A stretch of 64,000 nt of DNA from Vicinamibacterales bacterium. Lineage in GTDB: Bacteria > Acidobacteriota > Vicinamibacteria > Vicinamibacterales > UBA8438. Every line of letters begins with the position of its first letter. Position 1 is the stretch's first letter. The stretch lies in NCBI GenBank assembly GCA_965229825.1, contig CBDDJQ010000013.1, positions 1,030,282 to 1,094,281 on the forward strand, written 5' to 3'. The notes under the pieces were generated by a model that did no database searches, was not told the origin of the DNA, and was given only the letters and a program-made list of their open reading frames with translations. A program made the position numbers and the translations under genes. This document shows, piece after piece, positions 48,453 to 59,624 of the stretch.

Positions 48453-48683
48453 ATGAAAGACGAGGAGATGACGAATACAACGGCCGCGGGCGCCGGGCGC
48501 GTACGAGTGACGCTGGTGCGGAGCACGATCGGCTTCGACCGGCGTCAGGCGGAGGTCGTGCGGGGGTTGGGGTTGCGACGGCTCCGCCACACCGTCGAGC
48601 TGCAGGACGTATCGTCCATCCGCGGCATGATTCACAAGGTTCGGCATCTGGTCCGCGTGACCGAGGTCGAGGGCGAACAATGA
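48453..48683 (+). CDS. rpmD: 50S ribosomal protein L30
   Basis: ...VRVTLVRSTIGFDRRQAEVVRGLGLRRLRHTVELQDVSSIRGMIHKVRHLVRV. Start is 48453 or 48468. Confidence 0.88.
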   Translation: MKDEEMTNTTAAGAGRVRVTLVRSTIGFDRRQAEVVRGLGLRRLRHTVELQDVSSIRGMIHKVRHLVRVTEVEGEQ

Positions 48684-49129
48684 GCTTGAGCGATCTGAGA
48701 CCGCCCCGCGGTGCCAAGCGCCCGAAAAAGCGGGTGGGCAGAGGCTACGGCTCCGGTTCCGGGGTCACCTCAGGGCGAGGGCACAAGGGGCAGAAGTCCC
48801 GGTCGGGATACCACCGGAAACGCGGCTTCGAGGGTGGGCAGATGCCTCTGCACCGCCGGGTGCCGAAACGAGGATTCTTCAATCCGTTTCGGGTGGAGTA
48901 CGCCGTCGTCAATCTCGATACCCTCGCCGAGCGATTCGAGGCCGACACGGAGGTCACGCCCGCCCTGTTGCGGGAGCGGGGCATCGTGCGGTCGAACGCC
49001 AAGCTCGTCAAGGTGCTGGCCCGGGGCGGCCTGGACGTGTCGTTGACGGTCAAGGCGCACAAGTTCAGTGAGAAGGCGGTCGAGCTGATCGCCGCCAGCG
49101 GCGGGCGAACCGAGGTCGTGACAGGGTGA
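48680..49129 (+). CDS. rplO: 50S ribosomal protein L15
   Basis: MSLSDLRPPRGAKRPKKRVGRGYGSGSGVTSGRGHKGQKSRSG... Confidence 0.97.
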   Translation: MSLSDLRPPRGAKRPKKRVGRGYGSGSGVTSGRGHKGQKSRSGYHRKRGFEGGQMPLHRRVPKRGFFNPFRVEYAVVNLDTLAERFEADTEVTPALLRERGIVRSNAKLVKVLARGGLDVSLTVKAHKFSEKAVELIAASGGRTEVVTG

Positions 49130-49171
49130 GGGTCGGAACGGATCAGAGCCTGACCGGCAAGGGGCGCATCG

Positions 49172-50560
<1,389 letters not shown>

Positions 50561-50668
50561 GCGGGGAGTTCGAGGTGAAATTCCGTATCGCACGGAAACC
50601 GGCGAGGCGCCCGCGCGGCAAGGCGCGCCGAGGGAAGCCTGATTGGTATCTGAACCGTGACCGTCTCC

Positions 50669-51361
50669 ATGCGTGCCCCGATCAACCTCGTCGTGCTGGG
50701 TCCTCCCGGTGCCGGCAAGGGAACGCAGGGCGTTGAGTTTGCGCGCCGACACGCGATTCCGCAGATTTCGACGGGAGACATTCTGCGTGACGCCGTCAAG
50801 TCGGGTGCCGAGCTCGGACGGCAGGCCCAGGCGACGATGGATGCGGGGCGCTTGGTCGACGACGAGCTGATGATCGCGATCGTGCGAGACCGCCTGAGGC
50901 GGCAGGATGTCGCGGCCGGTTTCGTGCTCGACGGCTTTCCCCGCACGGTGGCGCAGGCCAGGGCCCTTGATGAGATCATGACCGGCCGCCGGTCGTTGAT
51001 CGTCATCGATATCGCGGTGCCGGACGATGCGCTGGTCGCCCGGCTCGCGCGCCGGCGGGTCTGCGGACAGTGTGGACAGGCGACCAGCGTCGATCTGTCG
51101 CCCGGATCGCGTTGCGAGCGATGCGGCGGCGAGTTGCTGCTGCGGAGTGACGACACCGAGTCGGTCGTGCGGGAGCGGTTGCGGGTATACGCCGACGCGA
51201 CCCGGCCGCTCGTCGACTACTACTCGGACCGTCCCTCGTTTCGCGCCGTCGACGGGAACCAGAGCCCGGCCGAGGTCGGCTCGGCGCTGGCCGTCGCCGT
51301 CGAGGCGGTGCTGGCGGACATGGAGGCCGACCGCGTGGCGGTCGGGGAGACCGGCGCATGA
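50669..51361 (+). CDS. adk: Adenylate kinase (zinc-lid form)
   Basis: MRAPINLVVLGPPGAGKGTQ...; lid CGQCGQ...CERCGG. ATGA overlap with map. GTG 50657 is an alternative start. Confidence 0.93.
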   Translation: MRAPINLVVLGPPGAGKGTQGVEFARRHAIPQISTGDILRDAVKSGAELGRQAQATMDAGRLVDDELMIAIVRDRLRRQDVAAGFVLDGFPRTVAQARALDEIMTGRRSLIVIDIAVPDDALVARLARRRVCGQCGQATSVDLSPGSRCERCGGELLLRSDDTESVVRERLRVYADATRPLVDYYSDRPSFRAVDGNQSPAEVGSALAVAVEAVLADMEADRVAVGETGA

Positions 51362-52197
51362 TAGTCCGCAAATCGCCGGCTGAGATCGACCGCATGCGTG
51401 CGGCGAATGCCTTGGTGGCGGAGGTGCTCTCCGAGCTTCGCCGGCTGGTGGCCCCGGGTGTCTCTACCCTGGAGCTTGATGCGGCGGCGGAACGGCGGAT
51501 TCGGGAGGGCGGCGCGGTTCCGGCCTTCAAGGGGTATCAGGGATATCCATCGACCTTGTGCGCATCGGTGAACGAGGCCGTCGTGCACGGTATCCCCTCG
51601 GCCGCGCCGCTGGTCGACGGCGACATCGTGTCGCTGGACATGGGTGTCGTCCTGGACGGCTACTACGGCGATTCCGCGATTACCGTGCCCGTCGGCGACG
51701 TTCCCGATCGCGTCGCCGAGCTGCTCCGGGTCACCCGGGAGGCGCTGGATCTCGGTATCGCGCAGATTCGTGTCGGTGGACATGTCTCCGACATCGGACA
51801 TCACGTGCAGCGGCACGTGGAGGCGCACGGGTTCTCGGTCGTCCGGGAGTTCGTCGGCCATGGCATCGGGGTGGAGTTGCACGAGGAACCGCAGATCCCG
51901 AACTACGGCGAACCCGGTCATGGACCGAAACTGGAAGCGGGGATGGTGCTGGCGATCGAGCCGATGGTCACCCTGGGGCGGCCAGCGGTCAAGGTGCTCG
52001 GCGACGGGTGGACCGCGGTGACCCGCGATGGCAGTCTCGCGGCGCACTTCGAGCACACGGTGGCGATCACCGAGGGCGGTCCGGACGTGTTGACCCGCTC
52101 GGCCAAAGAACACGACGCCGCGCCTGCCGCCGATCGCGCGGCGCAGAATTCGGCGGCGGCGCGAACCGTGGGACCGGCATCGGCGTTCCAGGGATGA
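51358..52197 (+). CDS. map: Type I methionine aminopeptidase
   Basis: ...GYQGYPSTLCASVNEAVVHGIP...D.G....GYYGDSA.T...EFVGHGIG..LHE.P...HFEHTV. Has a ~30-aa C-terminal extension. Confidence 0.95.
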   Translation: MIVRKSPAEIDRMRAANALVAEVLSELRRLVAPGVSTLELDAAAERRIREGGAVPAFKGYQGYPSTLCASVNEAVVHGIPSAAPLVDGDIVSLDMGVVLDGYYGDSAITVPVGDVPDRVAELLRVTREALDLGIAQIRVGGHVSDIGHHVQRHVEAHGFSVVREFVGHGIGVELHEEPQIPNYGEPGHGPKLEAGMVLAIEPMVTLGRPAVKVLGDGWTAVTRDGSLAAHFEHTVAITEGGPDVLTRSAKEHDAAPAADRAAQNSAAARTVGPASAFQG

Positions 52198-52308
52198 CGG
52201 ATCCACTGATGGCGAACGCACCGCCCCGGGCGCATCGTGACCGCGGCGGGGCCGCGGCGTCCGGCTTTCCGGTGAACCCGGTCCTGAGGACCGGTTCGAG
52301 GGCATGGA

Positions 52309-52422
52309 ATGAAGGTACGAGCATCGGTAAAACGGATTTGTGACAAGTGCAAGATCGTGCGCCGCTCCGGCGTCGTGCGCGTGATCTGCTCGAATCCGAA
52401 GCACAAACAGCGACAAGGGTGA
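52309..52422 (+). CDS. rpmJ: 50S ribosomal protein L36 (zinc form)
   Basis: Translated by hand, too short for the ORF track: [37 protein letters not shown]. Confidence 0.92.
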   Translation: MKVRASVKRICDKCKIVRRSGVVRVICSNPKHKQRQG

Positions 52423-52431
52423 GGCTGGACC

Positions 52432-52806
52432 ATGGCTCGAATTGCGGGTGTCGATCTTCCACGAACCAAGCGCATCGAAACCGGGCTGACGTACATCTTC
52501 GGCATCGGTGACCACCGTTCCGGGGTGATCCTGAAGGAGGCGGGCGTCGATCCCGACATCCGGATCAAGGACCTCTCCGAGGACGACGTGCGCAAGATCA
52601 GCCGGGTAATTGAAGAACAGGGCCGGGTCGAGGGTGATCTCCGGAAGGAGATCACGATGAACATCAAGAGATTGATGGAAGTCGGGTCCTTTCGCGGGAT
52701 GCGTCATCGCCGCAATCTTCCGGTGCGCGGGCAGCGGACGCAGACGAATGCCCGTACGCGGAAGGGACCGCGCAAGGGCGCGGTGGCGAAGAAGCGGACG
52801 AGCTAG
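52432..52806 (+). CDS. rpsM: 30S ribosomal protein S13
   Basis: [26 protein letters not shown]... Confidence 0.97.
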   Translation: MARIAGVDLPRTKRIETGLTYIFGIGDHRSGVILKEAGVDPDIRIKDLSEDDVRKISRVIEEQGRVEGDLRKEITMNIKRLMEVGSFRGMRHRRNLPVRGQRTQTNARTRKGPRKGAVAKKRTS

Positions 52807-52813
52807 GAAGTCT

Positions 52814-52969
52814 GCGCGACCTTCGGTTGCGTTGGGAGTTTCGCTGCGCGAAACTCCCAACGCAAGCCCTTGGAGCGACCTTGCGGTCGCGGCGCGACCC
52901 TCCGGGTCGGGTTGGGAGTTTTCGCTGGCGCGAAACTCTTGCGGCGCAGGTGCCTTAGGCAGCGGGGCT
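52814..52969 (+). repeat. Degenerate ~78-bp tandem duplication carrying four stem-loops in the rpsM-rpsK spacer
   Basis: The module GCGCGACC..GTTGGGAGTTT(T)CGCTG(G)CGCGAAACTC starts at 52814 and again at 52892. Hairpins: perfect 18-bp stem 52827-52865, 52875-52890, 52895-52909, 52916-52938. Confidence 0.8.
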
Positions 52970-53011
52970 CTTGCCGAGGGCTCTTGAGAGTGAGGAAAGG
53001 ATTGTTCGCGA

Positions 53012-53458
53012 ATGGCTAAGCTGGAAACGGTCGACGCCTCGGTTCCGACACCGAGCAAGCGGCCGGCCAAGCGGAAAAAGACCTTCAAGAAGAAGCGCGA
53101 CAAGCGGGTCGTGCACCACGGAATCGTGCATATTCAGGCATCGTTCAACAACACGATCATCACGATTGCGGATACCGAAGGAAATGTCGTGGCGTGGTCG
53201 AGCGCCGGGGGCATCGGGTTCCGCGGTTCGCGAAAGGGCACGCCGTTCGCGGCCACCCAGGCGGCGGTCCGGGCCGGGCACGGCGCCAAGGCGGTCGGCA
53301 TGCGCACCGTGGATGTACGGGTCAAGGGCCCGGGCGGTGGACGCGAGTCCGCCATTCGCGCATTGCAGGCCTCGGCCGGGCTGAGCGTAAAGTCGATTCA
53401 CGACGTGACGCCCATCCCGCACAACGGGTGTCGTCCGCCGAAACGGCGTCGCGTGTAG
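53012..53458 (+). CDS. rpsK: 30S ribosomal protein S11
   Basis: ...[41 protein letters not shown], with a basic N-terminal extension. Confidence 0.97.
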   Translation: MAKLETVDASVPTPSKRPAKRKKTFKKKRDKRVVHHGIVHIQASFNNTIITIADTEGNVVAWSSAGGIGFRGSRKGTPFAATQAAVRAGHGAKAVGMRTVDVRVKGPGGGRESAIRALQASAGLSVKSIHDVTPIPHNGCRPPKRRRV

Positions 53459-53486
53459 TTTCAGGACGCGAGGGAGATTAACCAGC

Positions 53487-54119
53487 ATGGCACGATATGC
53501 AGGACCCGTATGCCGGCTTTGCCGCCGGGAGGGAATGAAGCTCTTCTTGAAGGGCGAGCGATGCTACGCGGAGAAGTGCGCCATCGAGAAGCGCAACGTC
53601 CCGCCCGGCCAACAGGGACGACGCCGTCGTCCGAACAAGGTCATGGGTTACGGGTCTCAGCTTCGCGAGAAGCAGAAGGTCAAGCGCACGTACGGGGTGC
53701 TGGAGAACCAGTTCCGCCGGTACTTTGCGGCCGCCGAACGAAAGCGAGGCATCACCGGCGAGACGCTGTTGCAGCTCCTTGAGCGCCGTCTCGACAACGT
53801 CGTGTACCGGCTTGGACTCGCGACGTCCCGGCCGCAAGCCCGGCAGCTCGTCAGACACGGCCATGTGCAGGTGAACAGCAGGCGGGCCGATATTCCGTCG
53901 TTCTCGCTCAAGGCCGGCGATGCCGTCAGCGTGCGGCAGCGCAGCGCGAAGAAGCCGGCAATCATCTACGCCATGGAGGAGGTCAAGGGACGGGGAATCC
54001 CCGACTGGCTGGAGTTCGAGGCGTCCACCATGACGGGACGTGTCACCGCGCTGCCGACCCGCGAGCAGATCAACCTGCCGGTGCAGGAACAGTTGATTGT
54101 CGAGTTGTATTCGAAGTAA
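53487..54119 (+). CDS. rpsD: 30S ribosomal protein S4 (zinc form)
   Basis: [36 protein letters not shown]... Confidence 0.97.
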   Translation: MARYAGPVCRLCRREGMKLFLKGERCYAEKCAIEKRNVPPGQQGRRRRPNKVMGYGSQLREKQKVKRTYGVLENQFRRYFAAAERKRGITGETLLQLLERRLDNVVYRLGLATSRPQARQLVRHGHVQVNSRRADIPSFSLKAGDAVSVRQRSAKKPAIIYAMEEVKGRGIPDWLEFEASTMTGRVTALPTREQINLPVQEQLIVELYSK

Positions 54120-54269
54120 GAGAAACACGCCTTCCCGACGGTGTACGGCGTCGGTTCGTGCGGTCGGCGGGATGTCGAGCCGGCGTAGCCGGGACGCGGA
54201 TGTCCGGTCCGCTGCAACGCTCTGCCCGAGAGGCTTCGGCCGGGCCCGGCCACAGAAAGGATTGACTTG

Positions 54270-55301
<1,032 letters not shown>

Positions 55302-55357
55302 GAGCCGGGAAAGTCTGCGTCCTGCATCCCGAGGGTGGACGAGAGGAAACGGAAGCC

Positions 55358-55891
55358 ATGCGTCATCGAGTAGCGCACAGGAAACTGGGTCGTGTGACGG
55401 AACATCGACTCGCCATGTTGCGCAATCAGGCCCAGATGCTGCTGCGTCACGAGCGCATTGATACGACCCTGGCCAAGGCCAAGGAGCTGCGTCCGTTCGT
55501 CGAGCGACTGATTACGCTGGCCAAGCGCGGGATCGCGGATGGCGCGGAGACGACCCGCGCGTTGCACGCGCGCCGGCTCGTGGCGCGTGTTATCGCCGAC
55601 AAGCGGGTCGCCGGCAAGCTGTTCGGCACGATTGCGCCGCGGTTTGCCGAACGCCCCGGCGGGTACACGCGCGTACTGCATCTCGGCCGCCGTCAGGCGG
55701 ACTCGGCCGAGATCGCGCAGATCGAACTCGTCGGCAGCGAATACGAACCCGACCAGGACCGGGATACCGATGACGCCGCCTCGTCGGCGGCCGGTGCTTC
55801 GAAGAAGAAGGGGATGGGCGGTCGCCTGCGCGCCGCTGCGAAGCGGCTGCGGGGCGGGGAGGACGCCGAGAAGACCGAGGATACGGTCTGA
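55358..55891 (+). CDS. rplQ: 50S ribosomal protein L17 with a C-terminal extension
   Basis: [56 protein letters not shown]..., plus a ~55-aa charged tail. Confidence 0.95.
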   Translation: MRHRVAHRKLGRVTEHRLAMLRNQAQMLLRHERIDTTLAKAKELRPFVERLITLAKRGIADGAETTRALHARRLVARVIADKRVAGKLFGTIAPRFAERPGGYTRVLHLGRRQADSAEIAQIELVGSEYEPDQDRDTDDAASSAAGASKKKGMGGRLRAAAKRLRGGEDAEKTEDTV

Positions 55892-55892
55892 T

Positions 55893-56065
55893 CCTTGGCC
55901 TCGGCCATCAACCTCTACCATGAGTTGACGGTTTCAGCTCTCCTTGTCGTCCTCTTGGCCCCGCTCCCTTGGCCTCGGCTATCAACCTCCTCCACCATGA
56001 GTTGACGGTTTCAGCTCTCCTTGTCGTCCTCTTGGCCCCGCTCCGCCTTGGCCTCGGCTATCACC
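55893..56065. repeat. Tandem direct repeat (~74-77 bp, 2.3 copies) spanning the 3' end of the EF-G-2 gene
   Basis: CCTTGGCCTCGGC(C/T)ATCAACCTC..CCATGAGTTGACGGTTTCAGCTCTCCTTGTCGTCCTCTTGGCCCCGCTC at 55893-55966 and 55967-56043. A partial third copy CCTTGGCCTCGGCTATCACC lies at 56046-56065. Confidence 0.9.
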
Positions 56066-58098
56066 TTCTGCAGGATGTGCGCCGGTACCTCTTCGTAGTG
56101 CGAGAATTCCATGTGGTACGACCCCCGCCCGCCGGTGGCCGAGGTCAACTGCTGCTCATAGGTCAGCATTTCGGCCATCGGGACTTCGGCCTTGATCGAG
56201 GTCGAGGCGCCGCGCGTCTCCATGCCGCCGATCTTGCCGCGGCGCCCGTTGAGGTCTCCCATCAGGTCGCCGGCGTAATCGCTTGGCGCGTAGACCTCGA
56301 CGTTCATGACCGGCTCGAGCAACGTGGGCTTCGCACGCGACATGGCATCGCGAAACGCGAGGCGTCCCGCCATCTTGAATGACATTTCGTTCGAATCGAC
56401 CGGGTGGAACGATCCATCGTAGAGGGTGACCTGAAAGTCCACCATCGGATAGCCCGCCAGATACCCTCGCGTCCGCGCTTCCTGGATGCCCTTTTCGACG
56501 GCAGGGATGAATCCGCGCGGGATCGACCCCCCGAAGATCTCGTCGACGAACTGAAAGTCTTCTCCGCGCGGCAGCGGGGCGACCTTGATCTTGCAATCCC
56601 CGAACTGGCCGTGTCCGCCGGTCTGCTTCTTGTGACGCCCGTGCGCCTCGGTGGCCGCCTTGATGGTCTCGCGGTACGGAATTCTCGGCAGCTTGAGATT
56701 GACCTCGACCCCGAAGCGACGTTTGAGCTTGGCGACGGTCACCTCGATGTGCAACTGGCCCTGTCCGGAGAGCAGCAACTGCGAGGTCTCGGCGTCGCGG
56801 GTATAGCGGATGGTCGGGTCCTCTTCCTGCAGCCGTTGGAGGGCGGTGCTGATCTTCTCTTCGTCTCCGCGGCTCTTCGGCTCGATGGCGTAGGCCAGCA
56901 CCGGTTCGGTGAACCGGAAGGGCGAGAATCGCCATGATGTCTCTTTCGGCGCCAGCGTGTCGCCGGTCCGCGTTTCTTTCAGCTTGGCGACCGCACCCAG
57001 GTCACCCGCCTTGATCTCGGTCACGCCGGTTTGGGTCTTGCCCTGCATGAGGGTGATGCCGCCAATCCGCTCGCTGACACTGCGACTGGCATTCTGAATC
57101 GTCGAATCCGATGCGATCGAACCGCTCGCCATCCGGAACATCGTGATCCGACCTGCGAACGGATCCGCGACGGTCTTCCACACCAATGCGGTCGCCGCGT
57201 CGGACGAATCGGCGGCCACCGGGTTCCCGTCCGAATCGACCACCGACAGCGTGCGTTGGGTCGGGGACGGGAGATACGCGAGGATGGCGTCGAGCAGGGG
57301 CTGCATGCCGATGTTGGCGGTCGCCGACGTGCACACCAGGGGGAACAGATGCCGCCCGGCGGTTGCGGTCTTGAGCCCGGCTTCCAACTGTTCCTGGGTC
57401 AGTGTGCCCGACTCGAAGAACTGCTCCATGAGAGTGTCGTCCGCTTCGGCGACCAGTTCGATGATCCCGTCCCGGGCGGCATTGGCGTCGTCGGCCAGTT
57501 CGGGCGGTACGTCGCCGGCGGACACGGTCCGGCCGTCCGGGCCGAAGGTCAAAGCCTTCATCGCGATCAGGTCGACCACGCCGCGGAAGTCCTTTTCGTC
57601 TCCGATCGGAAGATGGATCGGCACGACGGTGCGGCCCAGCGCCTCGTGCAACGACTCGAGTGAGCGGGACAGGCTCGCGCGCTCCCGGTCGAGGCGGTTG
57701 AGCACGACGACGCAGGGCATATTCAGCTCCTCCGCGACCGCCCACACCTTCTCGGTCAGGACCTCCGAGCCGGCCACCGCATCCACGACCACGAGGGCGG
57801 CATCGGCGACCCGCAACGCGCAGCAGGTGTCACTGAAGAAGTTCGCCATGCCCGGCGTGTCGATGAGGTTGATTTTCGTCTTCTTCCATTCCGCGAATGC
57901 GGTGCTGGCCGACAGCGTATGCTTGCGCGCGATCTCCTCCTCGTCGTAGTCCGTCACCGTCGTGCCGTCGTCGACGGCGCCGAGGCGGTTGACGGCGTCG
58001 GTGTCGAACAAGAGGGCCGAGGCCAACTGCGTCTTGCCGGCGCCGCTGTGTCCCACCAACGCGACATTACGGATCTGATCCGCATCGTACACTTTCAT
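56011..58098 (-). CDS. Elongation factor G paralog (EF-G-2 / EFG-II type translational GTPase)
   Basis: 695 aa from ATG 58098, with AGGAGG upstream. Full five-domain EF-G architecture but divergent G motifs: GHSGAGKT, DTPGMANF, LNRLD. C-terminus is ...GRGSYHMEFSHYEEVP. Confidence 0.85.
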   Translation of the reverse strand: MKVYDADQIRNVALVGHSGAGKTQLASALLFDTDAVNRLGAVDDGTTVTDYDEEEIARKHTLSASTAFAEWKKTKINLIDTPGMANFFSDTCCALRVADAALVVVDAVAGSEVLTEKVWAVAEELNMPCVVVLNRLDRERASLSRSLESLHEALGRTVVPIHLPIGDEKDFRGVVDLIAMKALTFGPDGRTVSAGDVPPELADDANAARDGIIELVAEADDTLMEQFFESGTLTQEQLEAGLKTATAGRHLFPLVCTSATANIGMQPLLDAILAYLPSPTQRTLSVVDSDGNPVAADSSDAATALVWKTVADPFAGRITMFRMASGSIASDSTIQNASRSVSERIGGITLMQGKTQTGVTEIKAGDLGAVAKLKETRTGDTLAPKETSWRFSPFRFTEPVLAYAIEPKSRGDEEKISTALQRLQEEDPTIRYTRDAETSQLLLSGQGQLHIEVTVAKLKRRFGVEVNLKLPRIPYRETIKAATEAHGRHKKQTGGHGQFGDCKIKVAPLPRGEDFQFVDEIFGGSIPRGFIPAVEKGIQEARTRGYLAGYPMVDFQVTLYDGSFHPVDSNEMSFKMAGRLAFRDAMSRAKPTLLEPVMNVEVYAPSDYAGDLMGDLNGRRGKIGGMETRGASTSIKAEVPMAEMLTYEQQLTSATGGRGSYHMEFSHYEEVPAHILQKVIAEAKAERGQEDDKES

Positions 58099-58243
58099 GG
58101 CTCGGCTATCCTCCTGCCGCGACCGGTCCGCAAACGCATCCGCGAGTACGGACGGCGCCGCCGCACGTTGCAATCGTCGAGGCCGTGACTTCCGGCAGCC
58201 TTGCGCGGTCCGCATCTCCATGCGCGGGCCATGCAAAATCTAC

Positions 58244-58272
58244 ATGCTACGTCACTCCGTGCGTGTGCTCAA
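58244..58272 (-). promoter_or_regulatory. Candidate promoter of the EF-G-2 gene
   Basis: Minus strand reads TTGAGC (58272-58267), 17-nt spacer, TAGCAT (58249-58244), ~140 nt upstream of the ATG. Confidence 0.35.
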
Positions 58273-58290
58273 GCGGATTGACCCAAGGGT

Positions 58291-59583
58291 CTATTCGTAG
58301 CGGAGGGCTTCGATGGGGTCGAGGCTGGAGGCCTTTATGGCCGGAAACAGGCCGAAGACGATGCCGACGCCGGCGGAGAAACCCAGGCCGAGCGCGAACG
58401 ACCACCAGGGCAGGGAGACCGGGAATCCGGTCGCGTAGTGGACCCCGATGCCGATGCCGCTGCCCAGGGCGATGCCGATCACGCCGCCGATGCCGGTGAG
58501 ACAGGCGGCTTCAAGCAGGAACTGCCAGAGAATCTCCTTCCGCTTGGCGCCGATGGCCCGGCGAGTACCGATCTCCCGCGTGCGCTCGGTCACCGAGATC
58601 GTCATGATCGCCATCACCCCGATTCCCCCGACCATCAGCGCAATCGAGGAGATCACCACCAGGGAGAGAAATGTGGCGCGGCTGATCTGGTCCCACAGCG
58701 CGAGCACCGCGTCCTGCGTGATCAGATCGAAATCGTTCGGTTCGTCAAGCCGCAGCCCGTGCCGGATGCGCATGACGCGCTCGATGTCCGCAATGGCGAC
58801 GTCAGGTTCGACGTCCTCGTGCGGGGCCGCCGCAATCATCACCGCGCGCATCTCGCCGCCGAACATCCGCTGCGCCTTGATCCCGAACTGCTTCTGATAG
58901 GCGGTGTGCGGGATGATGACGAAGTCGTCCTGTCCCATGTTGAAGCCGCCGGGGCTCGGACTTTCGCCGAGCACCCCGATCACCGTGTAGCGGGTGGTCC
59001 CGATGCGAACGCGTTTGCCGATCGGGTCGGTGTTCGCGAACAGCGCCTGTGCGGGGGTGTACCCCAGCACGACCACGCGGGTTCGCCGGCGGGTCTCGCC
59101 GGGCGTGAAGAAGCGTCCATCCACCACGTCGACGGCGGTCACGTCCGGATACTCGGAGGTGGACCCGAAGACCATGATCGGTTTCGTCTGCTCCGATCGG
59201 TGGTAGACCCGCTCCTGGGTGGGGTTGCCGCCCTGGCCGAGCACGATCGCCACGGTGCCGAGCGAGTCGGCTTGGCGCGCGAGGGCGTCGGCGTCGTCCG
59301 TGGTGAGGTTCGGGCGGCGCATCAGCTCCGTGAACTCCTCGCCCGAGCCCAGGCTGATGGCCGAGAACTTCGTCATGAAGATGGTGTTCGGTCCCATCGA
59401 CCGGATCGTTTCGCGCAGCGACTCGTCGAGTCCCCGGATCAGCGACGTGCTGCCGACGATTGACATGATGCCGATGACCACGCCGAGGATCGTCAATCCC
59501 GACCGCGCCTTCTGCTCCCGCAGGGTGGCCAGGGCCATCGTCACGATTTCGCCGAACAGGCCGCCGTGAAACTGCTTGGCCAT
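58291..59583 (-). CDS. MacB/FtsX-family ABC transporter permease (no ATPase domain), copy 2
   Basis: 430 aa from ATG 59583. N-terminal TM LTILGVVIGIMSIVG, large periplasmic domain, three C-terminal TMs with VTERTREIGTRRAIGAKRKEI. Confidence 0.85.
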   Translation of the reverse strand: MAKQFHGGLFGEIVTMALATLREQKARSGLTILGVVIGIMSIVGSTSLIRGLDESLRETIRSMGPNTIFMTKFSAISLGSGEEFTELMRRPNLTTDDADALARQADSLGTVAIVLGQGGNPTQERVYHRSEQTKPIMVFGSTSEYPDVTAVDVVDGRFFTPGETRRRTRVVVLGYTPAQALFANTDPIGKRVRIGTTRYTVIGVLGESPSPGGFNMGQDDFVIIPHTAYQKQFGIKAQRMFGGEMRAVMIAAAPHEDVEPDVAIADIERVMRIRHGLRLDEPNDFDLITQDAVLALWDQISRATFLSLVVISSIALMVGGIGVMAIMTISVTERTREIGTRRAIGAKRKEILWQFLLEAACLTGIGGVIGIALGSGIGIGVHYATGFPVSLPWWSFALGLGFSAGVGIVFGLFPAIKASSLDPIEALRYE

Positions 59584-59624
59584 CGATTTTGTCGCGTGGA
59601 ATGGATGTCGGAATCCGGATCGCG

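Noticed and set aside
52198-52308. Absence of infA between map and rpmJ.
   Set aside because: The 111-nt gap cannot hold infA. The location of infA varies among bacteria, so it is probably elsewhere in the genome and this is not an anomaly.
52748-52987. 79-aa ORF spanning the rpsM 3' end and the rpsM-rpsK spacer.
   Set aside because: It overlaps rpsM out of frame, is Arg/Ala-rich, and coincides with hairpin repeats. An RNA or repeat explanation is preferred.
55893-56065. Whether the direct repeats downstream of rplQ could be a small CRISPR array.
   Set aside because: The units are contiguous with no spacers, ~75 bp long, and partly consist of the EF-G-2 coding end. There are no cas genes in the window.
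56011-58098. The idea that the EF-G-2 GTPase substitutes for the missing ABC ATPase of the adjacent permease operon.
   Set aside because: The protein has the full ribosome-binding EF-G domain set. It is separated from the permeases by 192 nt with its own promoter-like element. No precedent is known to me, so adjacency is more likely coincidental.
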